A stretch of DNA of 58,840 bases, counting the filler, from Sphacelaria rigidula (lineage: Eukaryota): the NCBI GenBank assembly GCA_964200075.2. It is 6 parts of 6 records of this genome, joined end to end, with 100 filler letters (N's around TTAATTAATTAA, not from the genome) between each part and the next. Parts side by side here need not be neighbours in the genome. Positions count along the whole stretch, not along the records: positions 19,650 to 29,373 come from CAXNAA020007891.1; positions 29,474 to 39,196 come from CAXNAA020007892.1; 4 more parts are not named here. The stretch is one strand, 5' to 3'. The first letter of the stretch is position 1; each line of letters opens with the position of its first letter. The position numbers were made by a program, and so were the translations under genes. Shown piece by piece: positions 23,601 through 36,605 of the stretch. The notes under the pieces were generated by a model. The model was not told the origin of the DNA, ran no database searches, and worked only from the letters and a program-made list of their open reading frames with translations.

Positions 23601-26096
23601 GCTGTCGAACTTTGACGCCACCGTAGAGGACACGACGGCGGTGCTGGAGGTAGAACCTAACAACGTCAAGGCGCTGGTGCGGCGAGCACAGGCGTTCGAG
23701 GCGATCGAAAGGTGAGAGCGCGGTCACGGCACAGTTGTCTCCGATACCGCGAATAGCAGACATGGGTTGACGATGACGGAGCAGAGTAAATGACCCGCTG
23801 GTGATGCCGCGGTTTGAAGAGAATCGTGAGGCGTAGCCCCCTAGTTGAACTGGTGGTGGAGGTGAAGTACAGTTCAGCACGTACATGTACACTACCGTGT
23901 GCTCGAGGAGTCTGAGGTTGCCAACTCGGTAGCCGCGTGGCAAGCTGGCTGCCGTCGGCGGCAACGAGCCAGGGTCCACTGGAATGTGGAAGATCGGAAG
24001 ACACACCATTGTGCGACGTTTTAATTTCGTTCCTGGCGCGGTGGTAGTTCCGCCTACATGACCTTCAAAACGATGTTTTGCTAAAGTGATGCACTGGTGC
24101 ACCCAACACGTTAGTATGTTGATTGTGTACTGTCACACGATTGCAAACGTCAGTGGGTGATCACCATGTTTTGCTGTTGGTACTCATGATTTTGACGGGA
24201 AGATTTGCGCGAAATTTTTTCGCACTTCGGTTAAGGAATCGTATGGAACAAACCCTCCCTGCATTCCGCTGCGTGAGACTTGCGCTGGAATCAGGATATA
24301 CATGTCATGAGCTGACGTGTTCAAACCTGTTTTAGTGCCTTTGAAGCCCTTTTCAGTCACATACATCAACTAATGCAGGAACCATATTTTCACAAAAGAA
24401 AATGTGTAGTATGAGCGCTTGGGAACCAGGTGCATCACGATGAACCGATCAGCACTATAACGGGTAAGACTTGAACTTGCCACTATTAAACCGTTCCAAA
24501 CTGTGCATGGCGCACGAGATCATCAAAGAGCAATCGCAACATGGTGAAGCCCCTGCTTTTACACGTCGCATAGGCAAGCACTCTACTCTGTCATGGACTC
24601 CTGAGCTAAACCCCACTGCTGCCGGTCATCTGAGCACAACGTAACAAACCTCGAAATCAAGCTCTCATTTCGTACCCATCACACGCCAGGCGCGTCCCAT
24701 GTCGCACTTGACCATACTATCTGCGTGGGTGTTCGATAACGCCATATTTTCACTGCCAAGCTCCCCCCCCCCCCCACCCTTACCCCCCTTTTTTTGTCGA
24801 AAAGATCACACCGTGTCCAAAACCCACGATTACAGCAATCTGAAGACTTGTACGAGCCGCCCATTAGCTGCAAAAGTGCTTCAACGCACAAGATCAACCA
24901 ACATGTCATTTTCTCTCCTCCCCGCCCCTCCCCTCACCCTCATGCTACTCGCCGGACACATCACGGCGCCTCGTGCTTGATAACTGATAATTAGCCTGTC
25001 CGGCGAAAACCCGGCGTTCTCCGTCCCGGCTTTGTAGGGATGCGAGATCAACGGTCAGATGACTAGGGCATGCAAGCTCATGGAACTTGGCCATATCACG
25101 GTGGTCGTTAATCACCATATCGGGTCGACCTTTCTGACTCGTCATCAAATCGTACCAAATGTTGGCAAACAGAGTAGTCCTTGCTCGACTGTCAAAACGC
25201 ACTTTGAAGATGTGAACCAATTTCACTCCCAGGAGTCTGACCTCGTCTGGCAGCCCATCAATCACTTGGATCTGAAGAATCTCCACTCTCGCCCGCCGAC
25301 TGTGGCCTCGCTATGTTCAATTGTTCGATTGTCGAACGTCAACATTATTTGTCAATGTAGTCGTCCCTGTCGACACTGGACGGCTATCCACCAAGCCCAC
25401 GTGGGCCATGTAGGCTCTTGTAGCGAACTTCACCCCGTAAACGTTCATCATGGTGATGCCAGCATCCCGCGTCCATTCTTCTACCTTCATTTTCTCTGAT
25501 GAGACGTGTGAAGAAGACGCAACAGGTGTTCCGCCACCATGTTGCAGCACGAGTGACGTGATACGGGCAGGTTGTAATCGTCTAACCGCTTCAGAGAGCG
25601 AAGCTCGAAATGATGGGAGTTGGCCTCGTGACGCTCCGGTGATATCTGTTGTTTCCGTCGTTTCAACTGTTCGGGCTCACAGCCCATGTAAAATGCAAAG
25701 CAGTGCCGGATCACTTGCGCTTCTTCTTGTATCAAATCAAGATGCGTACACTGTCACGTGTGTACCGTGGATTGAGGTGTTGACCATACTCACTGTCAAT
25801 GATTCCCAGAGTGAAGAAGCTCGAAGACCGGTCGACTTTACCGTCTCTTGACTGCGGACTGAAACCTACGATACGACACGTACAATCTACAATGGCCCTC
25901 GGTAAAGTTTGACGACGTACTTCACCCACACCGCCTCCTCGTTTTCTCGAATCGAAGGTACCGGTTCGCCTTGCAGGATGTGCGCGCAGTCCTCCAGATG
26001 CCGGCCGACCAGGTTGGATCTCAAAACATGGCGCTTGCAAACGGCATGCAGCACCGCCTTCACAGGGTAGTCCAGCAGCTCAAGAACGCTAGCTGA
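20693..26096 (+). CDS. Tetratricopeptide-repeat (TPR) protein, Hsp70/Hsp90 co-chaperone-like; 5' exon(s) missing
   Basis: Phase-consistent GT-AG exons: 20693-20778 (ASYAGLNEWEEAANDAAQCIKVNKTFVKG), 21049-21116 (YFRLATAKKNLNQLDDAADTLK), 21450-21530 (RGLVVEPRNADLKKNLKEIEELIRAEK), 22227-22463 (..LKEKGDDAYKRAAFE), 23500-23711 (EAIVKYTECL..CFSNRSACYKQL..NVKALVRRAQAFEAIER), 25958-26096 (YRFALQDVRAVL..HRLHRVVQQLKNAS*). Carboxylate-clamp-type TPR motifs are present. Confidence 0.92.
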
Positions 26097-26923
26097 GGAG
26101 AGAATTGATTGCCGAAGACATTTAGGGGGAGCTGTGGGTGGAAGAATTGGGTGCCCAACCTGCTATATCTTGTTTTTCCCTATGTGCCCGACTGACTGGC
26201 ATGAGTGGAAAACATGCTCTCGCTTGAAGTATACTGTTACTGCTGGGAAGAGGAGAAGTCTTATTTTTCTTTCTTGTACAACGTATGTACCATGTAGCGA
26301 TGTGCCGGGTCTCGCTTATTGCAGACCGCTTGCACAACCGATTTTATGTAAAGGGGTCTTGTGCAAGATTCGTCAAAACACCGCGCATGTCGGTTTTGTC
26401 ACTGACTTTGACTAGCAAAGCGTGAGTAGGTGGATGGTGGAACTGAGCTGGCGGGGCTAGATTTTGTTCATTTGAATTTTTGGGAGGTGAAATGTAGCGA
26501 TTGTCTTCTCTTGGTCTGATGGTCTTTGATGAGCTGGCCTAGGGGTGGGGTGTGCACGCAGATCGCGCGCCCGAGGCTGTGAAATTTGAAGAATCGGGCC
26601 AGCAACTTGTGCATTGCCCACCTTCGTTTTTTTCAACTATCGCGGACGTGCGTAATGTTTGGACCGTGTAGTGGTGCACTTCGACTTGATTCCGTAGCTC
26701 GAAATGAATGACCCAGGTACGCCGTCGCGCATGTATGCGATATTTTGTTCTTGATATGTTCACCGCACGGTGTCACTGCTTTGGGTACTTCATTCTACCC
26801 ACTATTTCTTGTCTCGGAACATGGAGTCGGATAGTTCTCTGCTCGCTTATAATCCATCTCTAATCACGAATCAACGTGTAATGATCGCGCGATGCGATCG
26901 TAGTCTTGAAATGTTTATCTTTC

Positions 26924-28448
26924 CAAGGTTGTGTTCTTCAAAGTAGGGTTTTCTGTATACCCGGGGTATTTTTCCGGGTATGTACCATACCCGACAGGTC
27001 TGTGACCTCTGTAAGACTCATACCGTACCCGAGAAGTTCTGTAAAGTCTGTAAGACGTGCATACCGGTGCCTGACATTTATGTAAGTATTGTACATAACA
27101 TTTACCCGAACCCGAGGGGCGGGTATACCCGAAAAGAGTTATCCGATTGCCGGTACCGGTTCTCTGTAAGCCTCCCGCACTGTCCCCGAGAAGTTCTGTA
27201 TAGTCTGTAAGACTTTCATATCGGTACCCGACAGTTCTGTAAGCTCTGTAAGCTCTGTAAGCTTCCTGTACCCTTACCCGGGGTCAGGGTATACCCTTTC
27301 AGATATCCTCCGTTGCAGGTGCGAGCAAAGGTATATACCCTCTGGGAGTATAGATATAGGTTCAATCGAAACATGAGCCAATGGCCCGAACATGTACCTC
27401 CCAGCTCCCGCCACCACACCCTGCCCTCTCATTAATTTTAGCACCCCAACCAAAAAATCCAAGCTTGTGTTATGGAAGGTACGGTTTTTTGTATACCCGG
27501 GGTATTTTTCCGGTGATGTACCGCACCCGACAGTTCTGTGACCTCTGAGAGACTTTCATACCCTTCCCCGATAGTTTTGCAAGTTCTGTACAAAACATTT
27601 ATCAAAACCCGAGGGGCGGGTATACCCGAAAGAAGTTATCCGATTGCCGGTACCTGTTCTCTGTAAGCCTCCCGCACTGTCCCCGAGAAGTTCTGTATAG
27701 TCTGTGAGACTTTCATACCGGTACCCGACAGTTCTGTAAGCTCTGTAAGCTTCCTATACCCTTACCCGGGGTCAGGGTATACCCTTTCAGATATCCTCCG
27801 TTGCAGGTACGAGCAAAGGTATACGCCTTCTGGAAGTATAGATATAGGTTCAATCAAAACATGAGCTAATGGCCCGAACATGTACCTCCCAGCTCCCGCC
27901 ACCACACCCTGCCCTCTCAATAATTTTAGCACCCCAACCAAAAAATCCAAGCTTGTATTATGAAAGGTACGATTTTCTGTACACCCGGGGTATTTTTCCG
28001 GGGATGTACCGCACCCGACAGTTCTGTGACCTCTGAGAGACCTTCATACCCTTCCCCGATAGTTTTGCAAGTTCTGTACAAAACATTTATCAAAACCCGA
28101 AGGGCGGTTTACTCGAAAGAAGTTATCCGATTGCCGGTGCCGGTTCTCTGTAAGCCTCCCATACCGTACCCGAGAAGTTCTGTAAGTTGTGTACATAACA
28201 GTTACCCGAACACGAGCGGCGGGTATACCCGAAAAGAGTTATCCAATTGCCGGTACCGGTCCCCTGTTAGCCTCCCGTGCCGTACCCGAGAAGTTGAGTA
28301 GATTTTGCAAGACTTTCAAACCGGAACCCGACAGATCCGTAAACTCTTGTGTGAGACTTCCAAACCGGTACCCGACAGTTCTGTAAACTCTGCACGGAAT
28401 CTCCCATACCCTACAAAACGTACCCTTACCTTACAGAACACAACCTTG
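26924..28448. mobile_element. Non-autonomous CAAGG-ended TIR transposon (P or hAT superfamily) with 8-bp TSD and internal ~488-bp tandem duplication
   Basis: TIRs CAAGGTTGTGTTCT / AGAACACAACCTTG; flanks TATCTTTC and TATTTTTC (7/8 match). The interior is saturated with TACCCG and GTTCTGT motifs. Near-identical blocks are offset by 488 bp (ORF-track hits at 27274 and 27762). Confidence 0.85.
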
Positions 28449-29262
28449 TATTTTTCCCTTGTGTCGAGACTTGCAGCAGATTTGCGCTATACACTCATGT
28501 GCTGTGCATACTCATATCAGTTCCGTGGATCAGAAAGTGTGGCACGATTTCGCCGAACCGTGTTTCGGATTCTGGCAAGATTCAGAGCAACGGTTCAGCT
28601 GCAGTTGTTTTGTAGCGTGACTTGGAATTGAAAATTGCACCACGTGTTGATGCCGCTCCTTGCTCCGCCCACTTGTTTGCACGTTACAAACGAAAACGCA
28701 TCACGTGGAACAACCTCGTAACGTTCTTTTTTTTTCTGTACTACGACCGTTGAACGTCACTATTTGGCTGGAAGCTTGCAACACATTTGCTGCACTTTGA
28801 CTCCTATGGGGAGATCAAGAGCCACACCCGCTTCAACACGAGTCCTTGTCTCCCTCACTCCCTGACCTGTTTCGACTAGAGATGTGCTCCGCTCCGTCCA
28901 CTCCGGATATCCGTTCCGTTTGGAAAAAAAATCGTGATCAGGATAACGTGTGACGTGGGGAATCCGAAATACGGCCACTCCTGCAGCTCACAATCCGAAT
29001 AAGGGCATCCCAAAAGCCCCACCGAGCCTCAACTCCCGTGGCCACTATCCAGGAGAGTAGTGTTGTAGGCGTTCCCGCTAGAGTATAAGTACACCCCTAG
29101 CCACTGTATATCCCCCTATACAACATATAACAGCAGATTTTAAATTTTGGGGTTCAACACTAAAATGGGGCTAAAGTCGCATTTCTCTCTTGCAGGGGAA
29201 ATACGAAAGAGTAACACAGAGCGAAAGTATCTTCCCCCCCCAAACTCCGCAGGAGGACTTGA

Positions 29263-29366
29263 CCGTTAGACCGCGAGAGTAGGTCACCTGCTGAATCGGC
29301 ATCAATATTCACTTGGAAAAAGTACACGCGTGGTCCAGATGGACTACGGGCACCGCGGTCCAAGGG
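29263..29366. mobile_element. piggyBac-type MITE, TAGACCGCG family
   Basis: TTGA|CCGTTAGACCGCG...CGCGGTCCAAGGG|TTAA. Relatives at ~34650-34752 and 58262-58359. Confidence 0.7.
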
Positions 29367-29373
29367 TTAAGCA

Positions 29374-29473
29374 NNNNNNNNNNNNNNNNNNNNNNNNNNN
29401 NNNNNNNNNNNNNNNNNTTAATTAATTAANNNNNNNNNNNNNNNNNNNNNNNNNNNNNNNNNNNNNNNNNNNN
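29374..29473. other. Artificial scaffold-joining spacer
   Basis: 100 bp N-TTAATTAATTAA-N. Confidence 0.98.
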
Positions 29474-31700
29474 ACGCGTGCATACAAGACATAGTCGCCT
29501 ACCTCAAAATTCGGCAGTTCCAGCCCCGACGAGGACCCCTCACGTCTACGCGCACGTTCAGCGGCAACACGTTCCTGCACTTGAACGTGGAAACGTTCTT
29601 GCAACTTCAAGACTCCTTGCAATGCACTCTTAATTTGAACTTAGTCCAAAACATCACACTTCCATTTCCCCGCCGACGAAGATGCCAGCACCGAGAAATA
29701 TGTCCGAGGGGCACGACCAAACATCACGTGGTACGGCGTACTATCGTAACGACGACGATACGCTTTATGAAGCGCCCATTGCGCCGCCGGCAACACGTCC
29801 ACCCACTCGGAAACCGTTCTACGCTGCTCGAGAGAAATAGAGCGAAGAGCATGAACTACTCCCTTGACCATGCGGTCGCGCGTACCGTAAGACCACGGAG
29901 AATACGTTACTGCAAACTGGTGATCGACGCGCAAAGCCTCTCGCAATCGGGCCAAGATCGCAATCTTGAAATGCGTGGCGGTATCGCTCACTCACACACG
30001 GGGCATCCCCAAAGTTTTCCACCAATTCAGCAAAGATGCAGCGGTCGATTCAGCAGTACACACTGCCACTGGTTTCAGAGCCACAAAGTTGCTCAAATCA
30101 TCCATGATTACCAAAAAGTATCGAAACCCAGCATCCTCCGACAAACCTTGGGAAGCTAGCGGGCCACTCTCGCCCACGTACAAGAAGACAAAATGAACGA
30201 CTTCATTCGGCGTGGTCCCATGGACCGTTTCGCCGAGCGGGCGGGGAATAACATCGCCCGCCTTCGAGTCAGCACAGTGAAAACAATGGTGGACAAATTC
30301 GTGCACATGAGTTTCTATCCCCTGCCAGGCACAAAGCTCTTGCAAGCGCACGAGCGTCGCAGCCACACCACGATGCCCGGCGTCGCGCATGTGCGCGTAA
30401 ATCATCAGACGTACCTCCAAATGCTTGTCAGGACTCGGAATCCACTAAACGTTTCGGCCACGCACATGCACACGAAAGAGACCTTCATTGTTCAAGATAG
30501 CAGTACCAACGTCCGACTGGAAAGATTGCACATCCGCATCTTCGGCCCCAGGGTCTTTTTGTTGCGCTTGGCGGAAAACAGCTTTGAACGGCATCGAGTC
30601 ACCAGGTTCACACGGACCATACACAGCCACAGCGCGCAAAGGCATTCGAACTTCAACTGTAGGCACCTGCATGACCAAACTACCCCAATGGCACTCAAAT
30701 GTATCCGGAAACATGAACCTGACAATCAGGACGAGGATGGAGAAGCGCCACGACATGAGCCACCATATCCTTTGCTGCCGCCCACGCCTGCAGCCTGCCC
30801 TCCGTCTACGATGCAGCCTTCTTCGGAAACGCCATATCTGGACTGGACTACCCCGCCTGCAAATTCCGTAACACCAACCCGAGCGCCAAAAGAGCCGCCA
30901 TGCACAATGCCAACCAACTCGACTTCACTGGATCGTACCGCCGCGGCTTTGTCTTCGCCGCGGACGCCCCAGGTTTTAGCTGAACACGCATGGGCTCCAC
31001 GCGCGCAGGGGGATCACCCCGCAGCGCACGACGAAACGCGTTGACGCGGCAATGCAATATGCCGCGCAGGCGCTCCGCTTTTCAGATGCTGAGACTTGTC
31101 GCCCCAGAATCCGTCACGCTCTCCTCCAGCGCGACCTTCCGAGCGGACTCCTGTTCCACCGGCTCCATAAAAATATCGGGGCCACGCTCCACTAAGCGTT
31201 CCACCGCCTTATCACGCTCCTTGGACACCTGCCCCCCGCCTCCTGGGGATCATCAACCGACCAGCTCAGTCTGCGACTGGCCAAAAAAACAGGCGTCTCG
31301 ACACTCGAACCGGGCGACGGCATTTGCGTTTTGAGGAACTCGAACAGCTGATCATACGGATCGACCCCGTGTCCCCGAAGCGTCGGTAAGCCCAACAGAA
31401 CGACACCATCCGTCCCCAGCATGATCGCAAACGAGGTCGGGGGTAATTTCGCTGGCCCCCAGGTAGTCCTGAACGCCAACTGTAGGGGAAGCGTACGCTC
31501 CGTGACATTTATACGTTGCCCCGATGCGGTTATGGCCTGCCGCGCCCCGAGCGAGAACGGAATGCGGATTTTCTCACCGGGGAGTACACGCTCCAGCATC
31601 TCCACAATCAGCACCGACACGCTCGTGAAATGGGCGCCTGAATCCAACACAGCCTTGACCGATATGGCTCCTCGCGCCCATTCTTTTGGGAGATATACCT
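29474..31700 (-). pseudogene. Ty3/Gypsy LTR retrotransposon pol remnant (protease, deleted RT/RNase H, integrase)
   Basis: Aspartic protease VKAVLDSGAHFTSVS (~31660); RT entry PPARVEPMRVQLKPG..PRRY; RNase H start FPDTFECHWGS; integrase zinc finger HMRDAGHRG..HCFHC; core with 'MDDLSNFV', 'VSDTATHFK', 'YSPWSYGT', 'TPYHVMFGRAP'; C-terminal 'PNFEVGDYVLYAR'. The order PR-RT-RH-INT is Gypsy. Multiple frameshifts. Confidence 0.93.
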
Positions 31701-34649
31701 CTGCAGGAGTATAATTTGTTACGGATCGCGGTGTGGCGTGGTGGATAAGGGTAGTACGATGATGGGCCGTCGATTCAAAACGACTTACGCGCCCGGAGAG
31801 CTGATTGCGGGAACTGGCTAGTACCGCAGTCAGGGGTGAGGCATTATGTAAATCCGTCGAGAGACGGAATACATAAACATGCCTCTTTACATCTGGTTGG
31901 ATCCGGTTCTTTCCGAGGACCGACCCAATCGGGTGCACACTGGTGTCCACTCCTTTTCGGAAGTGCGAAGTCTCGACACCACCAATGAGAGAAAGAGAAA
32001 AGAAATCGACCTTAATCTGTGACCAAGCATATCGTGACGTTCGTCGTGTATCGTTCTGCATTTGACTTTCCAACATGCTGTGAGCTTGATCTTGTTTCAG
32101 GCATAACGGTGAGACAGTAAGATGTTTGATTCAGGCAACGAGCAGATAGATGCGAGAACATCGGCATGATAGTAAAACGAACTTTGTGCACAAAAGGAAT
32201 GGTGAAATGTGTAACCCTAGAGTAAAGGTAAGTCATATCATGCATGAGCTAGCAAGACATCGTAACTTGCATGATCGAAATGCTATTGTTGTTCGCTCCA
32301 GTACTCGACTTGTACAGTAGGGACATGCATGTGGACGACCACTATGGCCAACACTATTCCGTTTGTATCATGGTGCTTCCAACCGGGACTATTGTGTCGA
32401 CTGTTGTCATCTGCGACGTATTAATCACTCCTCTTGCGATTTCCGAAATGCTCTGTTTCAACGAAGCATCAGCCACCATAATGCTTCGGTTCCCATATAT
32501 GAAAATCTTTGTTCACCTGAAACGATAACCCCACATGTAATGACGAATAAACAAACTGTGCCTTATTTGACTACTTGACAGTATAAAGCGTATTTGAAGT
32601 ACAATTCCCCGCTCTGCAACATGTTTGACATCGTCTGAAAGATTTTTGTGCGCATATGACCCCCATCTTTCGGTTGGCGATATCCCCCAACAGTTTGAAA
32701 TGATGTTTCCACACGAAGGCAAGACACCCGTTCTGCTCTACTGCGCTACAGTGGTAAATAGTAGCTATGGCTGTGATGCGAGTTAGCTCATCATGCAATG
32801 CCTGCAGACCGTGCCTTGAAAGGGAACCTCAACCCAGTCTACTGACCTGACGGACATCGCATGTTATGCACACCCAATATATACTGGATACATTTCAGGT
32901 TACAATGCGGGTATTTGAATCCTATTTCGCCGCCCCTCGGGAAATAACCTTGAGGCAAGTTTGAATTCGTGCGTTTTTGAGATTTGAAGATGGTGATGAA
33001 TAAACAGCCAACCTCACTCTTTGTCATAACAATCTATAACCTGTGGAGGGAAAGGAAGTGATGGATCATGCTAATAACATCGCGCTACCTGCTTGGATTA
33101 ATTTCACGGCTTACTGGATACCGTGTGGATAAGGCTTGCTGCATGCTGCATCTGGATAAGAGCCAATAATGTGATGAACCGTAAATGCTGTCAAACGCTG
33201 GACTGTTTGTTCATGTAGCCCGATAAATATATATATATATATATATGCCGAAATGAGGCCGAGCTCATTGCTGTTCGCGGGAGTCAAGCTACCGCATCCA
33301 TGCAGCGCTTATCCTCGTCCACGTGAAACCGCGTTGTACGGCAGCTATGCACGACTACAACGTATCTGTAGCAAGCGCACACATGTACACCTCTATCATG
33401 ATCCAGGGATACTATTGCAATGCTACCTGCTTGGTTTGGAGCTTCCTGTGCACTGGTGAAAAATCGGAGGTACCTTCTGCCTTGAATGTTTAAATCAAAC
33501 TTTTAATGTACTTCTATTTACTGTCTGTTGCAGTTTACTGGGGGTCTAAAAGCAGGTCATCTGCTGCGTGCACCCCATCACCTGAAATAGCATTATCACA
33601 ACGTTTGCGCAGTGCATAAACCAAGCTGATACCCATCTCTCTGCAACCTGCATGATATCATCAATCATTCTCCTGCTAATCAATTGATACTGGAGTGCAT
33701 GAGACCATGAATCGACTGAGTATGATGCTCGGGTTGCAACGGTGGCATCTAAAGTGCAATCCCCCGCCCAAGTACTGTCATCGGTCTGCTGCTATCCAAA
33801 CTTGCTTGTGCCTTGACGTTGTAACCGAGAGACACACCGCCACAGCCGATTGATTCATGATTCACCCTGCACATAAGTTGTACTACGATACTTTTGTATA
33901 CCGATGCGATACCCCATTTTCCTGTAATCTGATGTGGCGTGCAGTTTTTTATTAATGCTACCAGTTATCCCTCACCATCATCCTGCATCGATCGCGCCTT
34001 ACTGTTCGATGGTATGTTACCTTGTGTCGCTCAAAAACTGACGGACTTGTGGCAAGTTTTCGCCCCATACACATTGTCATATAAATGCGGAGTATTTTTA
34101 GATTTTTTGCCTATTTCGTGCTAGCTGCCCTGCACACGCCTGTTCGCGAAATGATATGTGGGATGTGTGACACCGAGTTGACACTTGATGATAAGCGATT
34201 GTACTATGTTGTACTGTACTGTACTGTACTGTACTAACGCTGGATTTCGGTTTGCGCAAACGTTTGCACCGATGCTTGCGTACTTCCGTCAGTCGTCCTG
34301 CATTTGCTTGGCCCCAACGTGATATTTTAGCGGCATACACCAAACACGTCATGTTACTAGCTGGATACTGTTACTCTATAAAGGCCAAATCTTGTCGTGT
34401 GGACCTGAATGAGTAGGGTCACGGTGGATGCTAAGATTGCACGACTCTCTGTACTGCTTTACTAAATCTTTCCATGCAACAGCTGCTGTGTCTTCCTGCT
34501 GTGTGATGCAGCTGAAAAGAGAAACATAACACTATGCCGTCTTCGCCCATCAAGCTTGTGTTTACTGTATTCGCCCCACATATGCCTGTACGCCGCCCTG
34601 TTGTTGTGAGTATGAAGAACTGTACGACGTCCTCTCATTGTGAGTGGTG

Positions 34650-34752
34650 ACCATTTTGACCACGAGGGTAGATCATCTGCTGAGTTGGCATCAATATTCA
34701 CTGGGAAAAAGATATGCATGATACAGAGGGACTACCCGCACTGCGGTCTAGA
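34650..34752. mobile_element. Diverged copy of the TAGACCGCG piggyBac-type MITE
   Basis: GACCACGAGGGTAGATCATCTGCTGAGTTGGCATCAATATTCACTGGGAAAAAG...GGACTAC..GCACTGCGGTCTA aligns with 29263-29366. Confidence 0.65.
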
Positions 34753-35794
34753 ATTCATGACGCCATACTGTGTTGCACTGTCTGAACTGCTGCTTACAGC
34801 CGCCGTATCCGTTGGGCACACAAGATTGTGTTGCTGCATTCACGTCTTTATTGTCGTAGTTTGCACCGACAACTCTCCTGCTTCATAATTGCTCTGCACA
34901 CGAATTCCAGCCAATTGTTCCGCACTTGAAAAACAAAATAATAGGCATATCGCACCACTGTCTGGGTTGTTTCTGACCAAAACAATCCTGGTTTTGTTCG
35001 CAATTCATAATGCTGTAACCACACGCTGGGGGTGCGCCGCAGGACAGACTAACGTTAGAATTGTTCACAACTGCGCTGCTGTTGCTATACGCTATGCTTT
35101 TTTGAGTTTCACACAGCTGACTGAAATGGAACGACGGTACAATATGCCACACGTACTCAAACTCGACAAGACCCGCTGAATTAAAAATCGCGTGTGTCTT
35201 CGAACATTGAGTTGCGAGAACACCCTTGGGTTTTACGACATGCAACCGTTATATTTATTGTGATGCTGTTACAATATGGCTGTACAGGATGACGTCACTG
35301 ACTGTTTACAGCCTGCACCACCTCCTCGATGAAATTGTTGACTTTGTACTCAGTCTAACAGTGCATGAGTAATATGCTTTTACTCTGAGAACAAAACTGT
35401 TCCGAATCACCATCGAATATCAGATGTCGGACTATTGATGCGGAAGAACCTTTGCCGTGTACTGTACTGTTTATTCGAGTCTATATACTGTGGGAACACA
35501 TGAGGTAGTGATGGCAGTGTTGCCTGAGTGAAACTACTGACCGCGATATCAACCAGCAGATGGGAGTCAACAAACTGACTGTAGAAGAGATACACACGGC
35601 TATCGATATCTTGTCGGCTACAACTAGTAATGAGTACAGCATATACTTTTAGGGACGCGAACCACTTGCTCGAGTATCTCATGCATGACCACGTATGCAA
35701 CGGTGAAATATTATCGTTTTACTCTATGCTTTGCAAATTCACGAAATTGCTTGTTGTGTGACCGTAATACCATACTGGTTGTGCATACATGCTA

Positions 35795-36605
35795 CAAGAC
35801 ACGATACCATGTGAGCCGATTCGTTGTGAACGGCAATTGCGAAGCTTGAATCAACATGAGGTATTTACCCTACCCCGGTCAGGGGGGGAGCAGATCATTG
35901 ACGCGTTAAATGTGTGTTATTGTCATGGAAATTAAACGTCACTTCAACGTGGTTCCCCCTGATTGATAGTTCTGCCCTTGGTGGATAGCTCCAAAGGGTA
36001 TGGGCGAGTCATATATGCTTGAGAACTTCGGGGCTTTGTGATATCTATTCCGATTTTGAAGAAATCAGACTCAATCACGTGCTTTGACTTTACTTCACGA
36101 CTTCCATTAATACATGGGTGATCGTTTCCGTGTGCACCTAATAACCGCACGTCGTACATGACCGTGTATGCAACTGATAGAGAATGACATTGTTACGCTG
36201 CCGTCCGCTAATGCACAGAAATCTGTTTGTCTAACCGTAATGTCATACTGTCTGCATACATGCCACCAGGCACGGTACCGATTAGCCGTGGACATAAATT
36301 GCGAGGCTTGAATGAACGAAACATGAGGTATTCACCCTACCCCCTGGTCAGGGGAAGGCAAATCAGTAATGCTCTAAATGCTTTTCTTGTCATGGAAAAT
36401 GGGTGCAACCTCTATGTGGCTGCCCCTGTTTGATCTTTTGCACCCTTGGTAGATATATTCAAAGAGATTATGCGAGCCATGCATGCGTAAACCAGATGGA
36501 GAGTTATGTGAAGTTATTTCGATTCTAATATATCAAACCCAACCATGTACTTCTAGCTTACCATTCGACTGTGAATACGTGGATGTTTGTTTCCAGATGC
36601 ACTGC
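35795..36605. repeat. Old diverged tandem duplication (period ~460-470 bp)
   Basis: AATTGCGA(A/G)GCTTGAAT..AACATGAGGTATT(T/C)ACCCTACCCC..GGTCAGGGG..TTGTCATGGAAA..CCCTTGGT occurs at ~35835 and ~36297. Confidence 0.75.

Noticed and set aside
29050..29090. SVVGVPARV* resembling the end of a hexapeptide acetyltransferase
   Set aside because: No upstream hexapeptide repeats, an in-frame stop just before it and no splice support; likely chance.
30193..31044. 283-aa plus-strand ORF
   Set aside because: It is the antisense shadow of the Gypsy pol on the minus strand.
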